Assembly: GCA_964247055.1 (NCBI GenBank)
Contig: OZ176055.1
Coordinates: 1-64,000 of the forward strand
Direction: 5' to 3'
Length of the DNA: 64,000 bases
From: Paragordius varius
Lineage: Eukaryota > Animalia > Nematomorpha
Shown: positions 52,331 to 64,000 of the stretch, one piece after another
Position numbering within the stretch: position 1 is the first letter of the stretch
How the letters are laid out: each line of letters begins with the position of its first letter
Notes under the pieces: model-generated
What the model was told of the DNA's origin: nothing
What the model saw: only the letters and a program-made list of their open reading frames with translations
Databases searched by the model: none
Program-made: the position numbers and the translations under genes

Positions 52331-52884
52331 CTTCCGAACAAGATGGCAATTTAATCACACTAGTATACACCATATTCATTTATTTTAATTGGGGTAACTA
52401 GCAACCCCATGCCTGTTTATATTTAAATATATCAAAAAACATGGAATAAATTAAATGCAAAGTTTGCATTTGTAACATTGATGCGAAAGAAAAAAGGTTC
52501 ACTGAAAAGCATAATATTTTTAATGATAAACTGAAGGTTTAAATACACCTGTGTGCCTTAACTAAATAAACTGATGCATTATACATTTTTTATTGATATT
52601 GTGATTTATATAAAAAAACACATTTTGCAAAAATATTATAAAAAATGGGTCGATTTGAATTGTTTTTTAATACTCATCCTTTTATATATCATTTCTATTT
52701 GATTTACGCCTAAATTAAATTCCAACCGCCTTGTCGGTAAGAGCGCATTTAAACAACTATTATAATCAATGAAGTTATTAAACATCTTCTTAATATATTT
52801 GAAATTGCTAAATAACCTCAAATAAAAATTTGGGTTAAAAAATTTATTTAAGCTTATAATGACAAAAAACTGTTATTATATCAA

Positions 52885-53424
52885 CAGTTCGCTTCAAATT
52901 GGGGTATTTAAATACCCCAGACAATATATAAGTTATTATTTTTAAAAACGAATGAAGATAACGATCTTAATTTGAATTATGCTTCAATCCCAATCAAAAT
53001 TCTCTAAATAAGCCGAAATATCTAAGTAAAATTTTGTTTTGAAAGTCCATTTAAACTACTTAGACGCTATTTTTATTTTACAAGATTTTTGCAAAATATC
53101 GAGTTTTAATTTTAATCCTAAAATTAAAGCTTTTATTTAAATGAAATCTAATATTGATCCCAGAAAAAGTGGTGTATTTTTATTAATTTTGTTATATACC
53201 CCATGTCATATTGGCTAAAATTTCATTTTGGGTTTTAACTCTGAATATGTAAATTCAAGTATTTTTGAATATTTTTTTATATTTGGGTTTTGTTATAGAA
53301 GTGCAAACTTTTGCCATGGTTTCAATTTATTTCATATTTTTTGAGATATTTTTAAACATGGCTGCGGTTTCTAAAAACACCAATTTGAATCGAAGGGCTG
53401 AAATGATTGTGTTGAATCCATGTG
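52885..53424. mobile_element. piggyBac-like MITE (family P), diverged copy
   Basis: CAGTTCGCTTCAAATTGGGGTATTTAAATACCCCAG ... TGTGTTGAATCCATGTG|TTA. Collinear with the other copies but with many substitutions. Confidence 0.7.
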
Positions 53425-54489
53425 TTATTATTTGAAAATTCAGGTGGACTTATTCCTTTTAGACCACATATTTTTCTTTATTTTTAGTACTAGGAATATA
53501 TACCTAATTTTTCACAGTTGTCTACGTCTAAAATATGGATAAAAGTTTTTTTCCTCCGGCTGCTCTTTCAAAAAAGTTTGCAAGAGTCAATTATTTACTC
53601 GGTACCCAAAGACATCATAACCTTAACACAAATAATGATATATGCATATACGATGATTATCTCACATTTTAAATAATGCTGAGTAAGATTTTAATATAGC
53701 TTCAGCTTGCCAACTATACCAGTTTTTAATAAAATAAAGATAAACAGATGATATACATACCAATGTTTAATTTATTAAATTTTTAAGATGACTTAATTTG
53801 TAAAAGTAAGCTTATCCAAATATGTTTTAAAGGAAGGCAGTTTCTCCAAATGTTTAGCAGTTAAGACCCCATTACTTGAAGTTGTCTATCCTTGAGCGAT
53901 TTAAAATTTGAAAATCCCTTAAAATTTAAGGAATTAAGCCAAATTTAAAAATATGCTTTCTATAGTCTTTCAATTTTTTAAAATAACAGACAAATAAATG
54001 TATATTAAGGTTAGAAAATTAAATAATTTAAGAAGCTTTCAGGTTACAATTTACCAGAAAATTAATATATTTTAATTTAAACAACAGATGTTCGCAATCA
54101 TGTTTTAGGCTGTCCCGATTTTAGACTCTAAGTCAAAATTTAAAAAATATAAATTTTTATCTATTGCATGAGAACAAAGTTTGATAATTAAATTTAACAA
54201 ATAACTTTCAAAACAATATCTGCTTTATAACTACGTCAAAAGGTAAATTACAAAAAATGAAAATGTATCGAAGTGTACGATAATGTATTGGTTATGAAAA
54301 TCATTATTATACAGTAATATAAGATATTATTGGTGGAACTAAGAGAAAGCGTAAGGGAAGATTACGAAGCTGATTAACTTGACATATAGTGATTTTGTTC
54401 ATGTGACATTAAACGACAAGCACACATATTAGTGTGCCAAAAACCAACTCCCCTTTTTTACCATTTCATAATCCTGTCATATTATCACC

Positions 54490-55150
54490 ATGAAAAAGAA
54501 CTTTTGCGGCATGCATTGAAAATAAAATGTTAACTTTTGATTTCGTTTGCAGTTGGAAACCAATGCTCATCGATTTGTGAAATATCGTTTAAAACTAAAA
54601 ATTTTGATTTCGATATGAAAGAGAGTGGTCGTAAACCATATGCGAAGACGATTAAGTATTGAAAATGACCCATCAACGGGAATTGGTGGAAGTGTTTCAT
54701 GTCGCAAAAAATACTCAGTATCAATAAACTCGGAAAACGGGTTCCACAAAATTTAAATGAATGTCACAAAAATTGGAAAGTGACACGTGAAACCCTGCTT
54801 CAACGCAACCCAAATTCATTTTTTCATAAAATTGTGACGAATGGCGAGAAACAGCTCTTTTTTGTAAATCTAAAGCGGAAAAAATCGTGACTGTCCCTTT
54901 GTTCAGGCAGTGAATAAACATCAAATCGTTTTGGTTTGAAACATGCTTTATGGCTGTTCACAAGACCAGTATTGTGTTTTATGATTTGGAGCCGGTCAGA
55001 ATACACAACGTTCTTGTCAGCAATGAAAAATTAGATTTAAACCATACATTGATGAGAAAAAGGCCGGAATGGGCCAGAAAACATAACAAGTCATTTTACT
55101 AAATGGACAATGTTGCATCTGACATAGAAAATGAAAGACACTTTGAAATA
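54490..55150 (+). pseudogene. mariner transposase relic
   Basis: Fragments KLGKRVPQNLNEC (WVPHEL motif), ETLLQRN...FFHKIVTNGEKQLFFVNLKRKKS (IVTGDEKW motif) and LMRKRPEW...KVILL are spread over several frames with stops. No TIRs found. Confidence 0.75.
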
Positions 55151-55786
55151 GCTTCAATCAATTAAATAATTTTTTGAAGTCATTGGAAATGGCATAACGT
55201 ATCAATTGTCGCAAAAGATAATAACTTTTCAAGCATGGTATTTTTATATTGATTGAGAGATGAGTCAAATGTGTAGAAGCCGATATACCATATTAAGAAT
55301 AATGTAAATAATTAGTTACCTTGCAAAATGACGTGTTTTTATACAAAACCGGTAAAGACCTATACAAATTAGATATCAAACTAGATTTTAATATAATTTA
55401 TAATTTAATAAAGTTGGAGAACAGGGCATATAAGCCAAAATTTTCCAAATTCTAATTGTGCTTATTCAATTCCAATAAACAAAAGTTATTTTTAACCTGA
55501 TTCAAAATGTAATTGATTATAAAATTTTTAGCCCAAAATAAATGAAATCAATATTATTTAACACATAGTATAACCAGTATTATTTTGTCGGATGGTATTA
55601 ATCGCATACCAAATCAAATGATGCAAATAAAATAGACAATGTGCAAAAACACAATTGTATATAACTCTTTTATAAAAATAGTTTTAAATAACCGAGAAAA
55701 ACATTTTTTTGATTCCCCGCCGGTTTATAAAAATAAATATATGATTTTGCAATATATATAAAATTTATTCCAAGATAAGAAAAAAA

Positions 55787-58442
55787 TCAATTTTCATTTG
55801 ATAACAAGTTGAAGGCATTGACTTCGAAATTAGCACCGTCATAGATTAAAATATTTCCGTTTGGAAGAGAGTTTGATAATATCTATACAATATAAAATTT
55901 TAATAAAATTTATAAATAAGATAGATCTATATTCAAGTAATTACTCGAATTAGTTCTTGACATAAAAAACCCGCTAAAATGGCACACGAAGGACTGAAAC
56001 TGGATAAAGGATAACTAAAAAATAGTAAGCAACATAATATATCAGAATGAAGCATAGTATTACAGTTATTAAAATTATTCAGACAAAACGTATAAACGAA
56101 AAAACATATATTTTTATAAGACAGACTCATTAAACCTAATTTTTTAATTTAACCAATCGTTTTAAATTGCGAAATAAGGATGTAAGTTGGTAACACACTT
56201 AATTGTATATAACACATTGTAATTATTTGGGTTATAGAGAAAAAAATCAAGATTCATTAAAGTGTATAGGTATCTTTATAAAAAAGATTTGTCTAGCGTA
56301 TATTGAATTTTTGCTTGCAAAAAGATGAATTTTATAGTTTAAAATATTTTACCTGCAAAAATCGAGGGTGTCTAATTGTAGATCCAAGCTTTGAGATTGA
56401 CATTCAGCCCGAAATATTTGAGTGAGTCTTTCGAGCGTTTCAGATGAGGCATTCTCATCCACTTTGAAAGATTGTTTCAACAATTCAGATTCTTCTGATT
56501 CCAACTTTAATATGGCTAATGTACAAGGAACCATTTATATTTCGAAATAAAGGTAAAAGTAAAAAAAAGTTTGAGTAATTAAGTTTATATAAAAATAGAA
56601 AAAGTGAAAATTTTTATTGTTTGATAAAAATATCCATATTTTACCCTTAATTTATTAAATATAAAGTATTGTTTGGAGTTGCGTAATAAGGCAAAGAATT
56701 GTAAATTATAAATAATACGCTCATTTTTATGTTTAACAATGTAAATGTATTATAAAAAATTGATGATTTTGAAAATGATGTGTTCTTTTTTTAAAAATAG
56801 TTAATTATATTACAGTAAAAATTGAAATTTTACGGACAAAATGGAAAAACTAAAAAACAAATATTTTTTCAAAAAAGACAAGCCCATACTTTTACAAACC
56901 TTAATTTCCTTATATAAACTATATAAAACTTATAATAATTGAGTGCTTTACCAATTATATTCCCTATTTTTCAACCTATAACGATGATGAGTTACATTTT
57001 ATAAAAAAATTCAAATTAAAAAAAGTATGGCTGTCTTAAAAAATATTTGTCCTTTTATAATTAAAACTTTTACAGTGGTAAGACAGAATTCTTAATGAAA
57101 TATTATTATCTTACATGTTAAAAAATGATATGCTCTTTTAACATTATCGGATTTGCGGAGTTTCATAATTTGTTGAAAACCCAATCGCCCGAAAACGATA
57201 GAATCAAATGTGGGATATTCCAAACTATTATTTGCCTAAGAAAAATAAATTAAATATTTAACAGTAAAAATTAAATATATAAGTTTTTCCTATATAAAAA
57301 GTAAATCTTTTACAGTAAAAGTTGAAATCATATAATGAAATAACGTAAAAATATAAATATATTTTTTTTTCAAAAGATAACCATACTTGTTAAAAGCTTA
57401 GTTTATCCTATTAAAATGTAATTGATTGTGTTACCAATATACATCTCTATTCTGTACTTTGGAGTTTACAATAAGTTTAAAAAATCAATATTTTTAAAGT
57501 AAGGTTGTATTTAAAAAAAAATCCTTATATTATTATTGCGTTTTGTCCGTATAATTTCAATTCTTACAAATGATAAATAAAATTAAATAACCAATTTACA
57601 TCTCTATACCTTTAATCACAACATTAGTTTTTCCAAAAAACATAGTATTAAACTTTTCAGGTTGTGTCTTATAATTTAGATTTAACTGTGTATTTCAAAA
57701 CCGTAATGATAAAAGTTTTAAAAATGGTTTAATTTTTAATTTTAATATATACTTTAAAATCGCCACTGTCGGTATTGATTTCATTCGTCTGATCTTTTTC
57801 TGTCACGTTGTCAGGCTCATGAAAATTTAATCGACCAAAATCGTACAGAATTATTCCATGCAAATAAAAGTTTCGTCCATAAACACAAATTTTTTCGCCT
57901 AAAAATGCTTTATTAAGGAATTGATCAATTATTTTGGCTTGATAAAAATCGATATCATTGAGGATAATTATATCGAAATTCTAAAGAAATTAAAATTTTT
58001 AAATAAAACGTCAAAAATAGTTCGATTCAAATAATTTTCAATAGGTTTTGTATCACAAGTGACTATGACATTAGGATTTAATAATTTTAAGCTTGGTAAC
58101 GAGTATTCTGCTCTCTAAATTTAATATTTTAAAATGTAAGCTAACATGCAGTCCAATATCATTTTCCGTTAAATATAAATTTGTATTGAGATCAATTTCC
58201 GTCACCTAAAAATCAAGTTAATATGTGCTTAACTAATTTATCGTCCAAGATGTGGAGTGTTTTAATACCGTATAAAATTAAATTTTTGGCAGTTTCCCAA
58301 GCCAGTCCAGAAAAACCAATCATTAAAATGGAACATTTTTTGATTCTAAGATGATATATTGCATTATAAACCTTTTTTGTACATCATGTCCCCAAATTCT
58401 AATCTGCCTATCATACAAATTTATTTCTTCGTTATTAAGCAT
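55787..58442 (-). CDS. SAE1: SUMO-activating enzyme subunit 1 (Aos1), 9 exons
   Basis: Spliced product: MLNNEEINLYDRQIRIWGHDVQKR|IKKCSILMIGFSGLAWETAKNLILYGIKTLHILDDKL|VTEIDLNTNLYL..NDIGLH|RAEYSLPSLKLLNPNV...|NFDIIIL...GRNFYLHGIILYDFG...|...FSPSCAILAGFLCQELIR|ILS...NILIYDG. This is collinear with SAE1 (YDRQIRLWG, AKNL.L.G, RAEAS...LNP.V, P.CAVVGG..AQE, N.F.FDG). Stop TGA at 55787-55789. Confidence 0.85.
56813..57570. mobile_element. Two family-T MITE copies in SAE1 introns (~56813-57070 and ~57313-57570)
   Basis: TACAGTAAAAATTGAAATTTTACGGACAAAA and TACAGTAAAAGTTGAAATC starts, with matching AAGTATGG(C/T)TGT...TTGTCC right arms. Confidence 0.65.
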
Positions 58443-58558
58443 GCCTAATTTTTGTGTGACTGAAATTTAAATTCACTTGGGCATAATCACAGATGTGATT
58501 TTCAATGCGGTGATTTTTAAACGCATTTTTTCTATTTTTTAAAAAATCTAAAAATATT
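58443..58558. promoter_or_regulatory. Putative bidirectional promoter / 5'UTR region between SAE1 and DIP2
   Basis: 116 bp separate the SAE1 ATG (58442, minus) and the DIP2-like ATG (58559, plus). Function is inferred from geometry only. Confidence 0.55.
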
Positions 58559-61500
58559 ATGGAAAAAGAGTATGTTTCTTCGATTCCATTCCCAGAGGAA
58601 ATTATAAATCAAATTAGAGATTTGGATATAGAATTGATTGAAGGTTTATTTTTATATAATTTATATTCATTATGTATCTTTTATTTTGTAAAATGGGCGT
58701 ATATGCGCATTATTAAAAACTACAATACACAAAACATGGTTTAAGTATATTGAGGTTTTATGTCACATATATTTTTTGCCCTAAAAAAGGAAATCAATTT
58801 TAAAAAGTACAACCTAAAAAATACTAGATTTTATCTTTTCTTTATCATTATAGTATAATAATAATATATAAAAGTAATGGATTAAATAATAAATATGTAA
58901 TAATATTATTTAGTTAATTTATCAGCGAATTCTTTTTTATAATATATGAAAGTGTCATTAAATTGCATTTGAATATAAATAATTAGGTACTTATTACATA
59001 ATAATTATATATTATTATGCAAAACAATTAATCCCTTTTGTTTAATATTCTATATATGCAAACGAGGAGTTTAGTATCATAAAATTCCGATAAATAATTT
59101 TTTGCGACACCACAGGTGACATTACAGAAAAAGGATATCGAAAAAAGAAACAAAATATTATTGAACGTTTCCTATCGTTATCGGACAACACACAATATAA
59201 TTCCGCCTTCAAAAATCTTGATTGTAAAGATTATTCTGAATACCTTATTGAAGAAAATCCAATTTCAAAACTAAAGCCTAATTCGATAGATTCTGTAAAG
59301 GATTCGAATATAACGGGTATATTTCTTCATTGACAATCTTGTTTTATTAATGAAAGTTTAAGAATTTATAATGCCTTCCTTAAGGGGCCACTTTTCTAAC
59401 CAATTATGACAATTTTTCAATACATTGTTTTAACAAAAAATCCCGTATAATTATGTGTATTATTCTTTAAATATAAAATTATATTTTACCCTATTTTTTA
59501 CAATTATATAAATGTAATTTTACCACAGAAATAATTTTATTAGATTTGAAATATTCACCTAAACAATTATAAATATTTTTATATGCAATTACGATGTCTA
59601 AAAATCGGTGCAAAATATCCGTTAAAAAATGTCGTCTGCCCATTCATTTTTTTTCTTAACTTATCTTTCACAGAAAATCCATCCTCGCCTAAACAAAAAC
59701 GTGAAAATATGGCAATCAATAGTAATTCTAATCAATCCAATAATATTGATTCGAAAGATCAAACTGGATTCATTTACAGTACAGAAGAAGATAATGAGTC
59801 AGATGACTCAATTTCACAAAATGGTAAATGCCAATTGAAATCTCAAAACATTGGTTTCCATTCACAAGAAAATAATCATCTTAAGGGGATTGAAATGAAT
59901 CTAAAAATTCCAAATGATAAGACACATTCTGGTAAAAATTGATTCCTGCTTTCTAGTTCCATGTAGTATATATAAGGTGACCAGACGTCCCGCTTTTGGC
60001 GGGACAGTCCCGCTTTTGGCGGGACAGTCCCGCTTTTTCACACTTTGTCCCGCTTCCTGCTACGTTTTTAAATGTCCCGCTTTTTCACGATTATATAAAA
60101 AAAAATTTTTTTTAATACAAATAAATTTTTTTTGTCCGTTTAAATTTTTTATCATTAAATATCTTTAAAATCTATTCAATTTTAAATTAAAATTTTTTAT
60201 TTTAAAAAAATATTTATTTTTTTCGAATTTATATCATGTGATTATACATTATACTTCCTACTACTACTGTCATTATTATCAAAAAGCCAAGTTAATACCA
60301 CAAATCTTTAGATTAAAAGACAAATTGATACCACAAATCGGTACCTTACACGTTTATTTCACAAAATTAAGGTAATATAATATTATATTAATATTTTAGT
60401 TTTATTACTTGCCAACATTATTAAAAAGCCAAATTAATACCACAAATCGGTAGCTTAAAAGACAAATTGATACCACAAATCGGTACCTTACACGTTTATC
60501 ACAGAAAATTAAGGTAATATAATATTTATTATACTAGTTTATAAATATGAGCACAAAAAGAGGTTGTAAATCAACGATGAATTAATGAAGGATTTTCCTT
60601 TTATTAAAAAAACGAAGAATGAATCATTTGTTAAATGTCTTATATGCGAGGGTGAATTCACCCTAGCACATGGCGGCAAGCATGATATTACAAAGCATAT
60701 GGAAACACAGAAACATAAAAAATGTTTAGATATGGCGGCATCATCTTACAAAATGAGCGATTTTTTTGAAAAACCGCTTTTGGAGAGGAAGAAAAGAATT
60801 TGGCACTAGCTGAGGGCGTGTTATCTTTTCACGCCGTTAATCACAATCATTCCTTTAGATCTATGGACTGTACCTCACAGGTTATTCGCACGTTATTCCA
60901 TAAAAAATTTACATGTGCCCGTACAAAGGCTGAAGCCATTGTGTGCAATGTCCTTTCGCCACATGTATTTTCTGAAATACAAAAAGATTTGCTGAAAATT
61001 AATTCCATATCGCTATACTCTGATGCATCAAATCACCATGAAACAAAATTATTTCCCACTTTGATGAGATATTTTGATTCAGAAACCGGAGTAAAAATTA
61101 AAATTTTAGATTTAATTTCCCTACCCGGTGAAAATTCCGAAATAATATTTACTTCAATAATGCAAAAAAATAATTTAAAATACAAATTTATCGTATATTG
61201 CGCTGACAACACCAATATGAACTTTGGTGGAAAAGCAAGGAGAGGAACAAAAAAATATTTTTCATAAATTAACAGATAATCTTAATCAAAACATTATTGG
61301 CGTTGGGTGTGCAGCGCATATAATACACAACGCTATTCAAACAGCTGCTGATTTGTTACCCCTAGATGTGGAAAATGTAGTTGTTAAAATATATTCCTAT
61401 TTTTATATATACACGGTAGTGTTGAAACGCTTAAAGAATTCTGTGAAAATGCAGAAGTTCAATATCAAAAAATGCTTGGATATTAAACTCGTTGGTTAGC

Positions 61501-63624
61501 TTTTATGCCAGCTATCGAAAAAATTTTAAAAATGTATGATCCTTTAAAATCTTTTTTATTATCATGGGACAAATGTCCTACAACTTTAAAAAAGTTTTTT
61601 GAAAGTGATTGTTCAAAAATATGGTTATTCTTACATAATCAAGCTTCTCTCTTTCAAAATGTTATTAAATTTATAGAAGGTGACAAAATTTCGGCAATCG
61701 AAGTAGCCAATGAAGTTAGTAACCTAAAATTCCAATGTCAAGAACGGTTAGAAAATAATTTTATACCATTAACCATCCGCAATATAATAAAAATAGAAAA
61801 ACAAGGCTTAATAAATCGCCAAGATATCATGTACCATATAAAAATGTTTTATACAAACTGTAAAGATTATTTGGAAGACTGGACGACGCAATTCAATGAA
61901 ATTGATCATTTTCATTGGATAACATTAAAATCAGAATTTAATTGGTGCGATGTTCAAAAATCATTTGATTATATCTGCTCCCAAAAATTATCAAAAAGTA
62001 ATCTTTCAGAAAATGATCTTTTTTCTGAAGTATCATTAGTTAAAAGATATATTAATAATGAAAAACTTAAATTATGGACAAAAGAAAATATACAGTAGAA
62101 AAGAAATAGTTGGAAATATTTCATCATTTTGAAGCCAACTATATTACATACAATAATATTTTAAAAATTGTGGAATTCGCACTATCTTTACCTGGAACCA
62201 ACGCTGCTACTGAGCGCGTTTTTTCCACAGTAAATCAGGTGTGGACATCGGAAAAATCAAATTTAAATGTTGAAACTTTAAAGGCCGTTTTATCTGTCCA
62301 ATATAATTTGACAAATTCTTGTGAAGACTTCTACAATATTTTAAAAAATGATGACAATCTGCTAAAACGCATTCACTCAAACAAAAAATATACCAAAGAA
62401 TAAAATATTTTCTTTAAAGTTTTTGTGTAAAAAAATAAACGAAATCACGTAAAATATTGTATAAGTCTTCATAATTTGTCAAATTATATTTGAACACACA
62501 AAATGGCTTTTATTCAATATTTAAATTTGATTCCATGTCCTTACTTAATTTACTGTGGAAAAACGCGTTCAATAGCAGTGGTTCATGTAAAGATAATGCA
62601 AATTCTACAATTAAAATATTATTGTATGAAACATAATTTGTTTAAAAATAATTATTTTAACCATTTCTATCCTACGTATTTTTTTCTGTTGTCCACAATA
62701 TAAATTTTCATTCAATATATTTATTTAATAATGAGACTTCATCAAAAAGTGTCATTGTGCACCGTCTTGTCTTCCAAATAATCGTTTCTGTTTGTATAAA
62801 ACATTTTTATATTCTGGCTATTCATTGAGCCTTGTTTTTCTGGATGCTTTATAATATTGCGATTAGGTAATGGTATAAAATTATTTTCTAACCTTTTTTA
62901 ACTTGGAATTTCGACCTTTGTCCTGTGATAAAAAATAGGATTCTAGGAGATCACATTTTTATATACAATATTCAAGCATTTTAACATATAAATTTTCCAC
63001 ATCCAGGGGTAACAAATCAGTAGCTGTTTAAACGTTGTGTATCTGCCAATAATGTTTTGATTTAGATTATTCGCTAAATTGTTAAAAATATTTTTATGCC
63101 GCTTCTTGCATCACCCAGCGCACTTTGTGATGATTTCGTCTTTATTATTTTTTTCTAGAATATTAAAATCACTTCACCCTTTGTTCGTGCACATGGAAAT
63201 TTATTGAATAAGGTACAAACAACCTGTGAGGTACAAATTTTTTTATATTTATAATGAATTTGTGTTAAAAATAAATAAATATTGTAATAAATTTTTTGTA
63301 TAAAAATTTTTGGTTGTACCCCCCAATGACCCACCCCCTTCTCAGATTTGTCCCGCTTTTTCCTTCAAAAAATCTGGTCACCTTAAGTATATATAACATC
63401 TAGTAATATTCATGGTTACAATCAAATTTTTTCGATTTTTTTAGAGAAAAAATGTATTACTCAAAACGACTATCCACATGAATTGTATGATGGAAAAGAA
63501 AAGCAAGAGCCATATGCTCAAGGTTCCCAATCTCATTCAAGAAGCATCAATCAAAAAATGAAATGTGAGGAAAATAATTCGCCATCAAAACAAAATTCTA
63601 AACAAACGCTTTCTTCTTTTGAAG
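58559..63624 (+). CDS. DIP2: DIP2-like protein, 5' exons (DMAP1-binding domain plus low-complexity region); probably continues beyond the window
   Basis: Exons 58559-58643, 59116-59316, 59674-59931 and 63445-63624 join in phase 1. PFPEEIINQIRDLDIELIE|GDITEKGYRKKKQNII matches the DIP2 DMAP1-binding motif LP.EV...L..L..ELSEGDIT.KGY.KKR.KL. Confidence 0.75.
59973..63385 (+). mobile_element. hAT DNA transposon (Tip100/Zaphod-type TIR), 3413 bp, in DIP2 intron 3
   Basis: Perfect 13-bp TIR TAAGGTGACCAGA / TCTGGTCACCTTA and perfect 8-bp TSD AGTATATA (59965-59972 and 63386-63393). Subterminal GTCCCGCTTTT repeats occur at both ends. Confidence 0.93.
60548..62403 (+). pseudogene. hAT transposase with multiple frameshifts and stops
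   Basis: BED-type finger (CLICEGEFTLAHGGKHDITKHMET.KH), SLYSDASNH, YCADNTNMNFGG, GVGCAAHIIHNA, TRWLA and the dimerisation motif ALSLPGTNAATERVFS are distributed over five or more ORF pieces. Confidence 0.9.
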
Positions 63625-64000
63625 GTTAGATTGAAAATGAAATGAAATTTTTAAATTATGAATTATAAATTAATGATATTTATTGACTGGGTTTTAGTTC
63701 CATACAAGTTAAGATGGGTTTCCATTAAACGACCAATTTTCAGTTAACAGTATCATGTTGATTAGTTTGTCATAAAACGCTCTATTTTAATTATATCCTT
63801 TATAAAAATAAATTCGAAAAGTATATACATATAGGGACTGCATACGACAAAGTATGATCACATTCTTTAAGATTTATTAACGTGATTTTATAACCATATA
63901 TTCAGTTTTTTAAGCTAAATAATTATAATTGCTTTCAGATCTTCACGGTACAGTAGGCTCATTCAACAATGGATATTAGCCCTTCAAATAAGCCTTTTTT

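Overview
This is the end of a chromosome from a very AT-rich animal genome. It opens with about 2.2 kb of (CCCTAA)n, i.e. TTAGGG-type telomere. The standout feature is a full-length, ORF-intact RLE-type non-LTR retrotransposon (Utopia/NeSL group, 8728-12875, minus strand) inserted inside a U2 snRNA gene. U2 nt 1-31 lie on one side and the remaining ~150 nt on the other, and the GTGTAG branch-point-pairing segment is missing at the junction. A decayed inverted U2 copy sits next to it. Host genes reconstructed by eye from spliced exons are: a GH56 hyaluronidase, a type II membrane TSP1-TSPN/LamG-multi-EGF protein, an unidentified multi-exon gene, CDK2, a GT92 glycosyltransferase, SAE1/Aos1 and, head-to-head with it, the 5' part of a DIP2-like gene. 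CDK2 and SAE1 contain six introns of only 26-31 nt. The rest is a dense, nested transposon landscape: about 9 copies of a ~580-bp TTAA piggyBac-like MITE, a ~255-bp TA-flanked MITE family, a Chapaev3 derivative with ~500-bp TIRs, a complete but frameshifted hAT in a DIP2 intron, mariner and RTE relics, and Charlie-type MITEs. The organism cannot be identified from the sequence alone. All homology calls are from motif recognition, not database searches.
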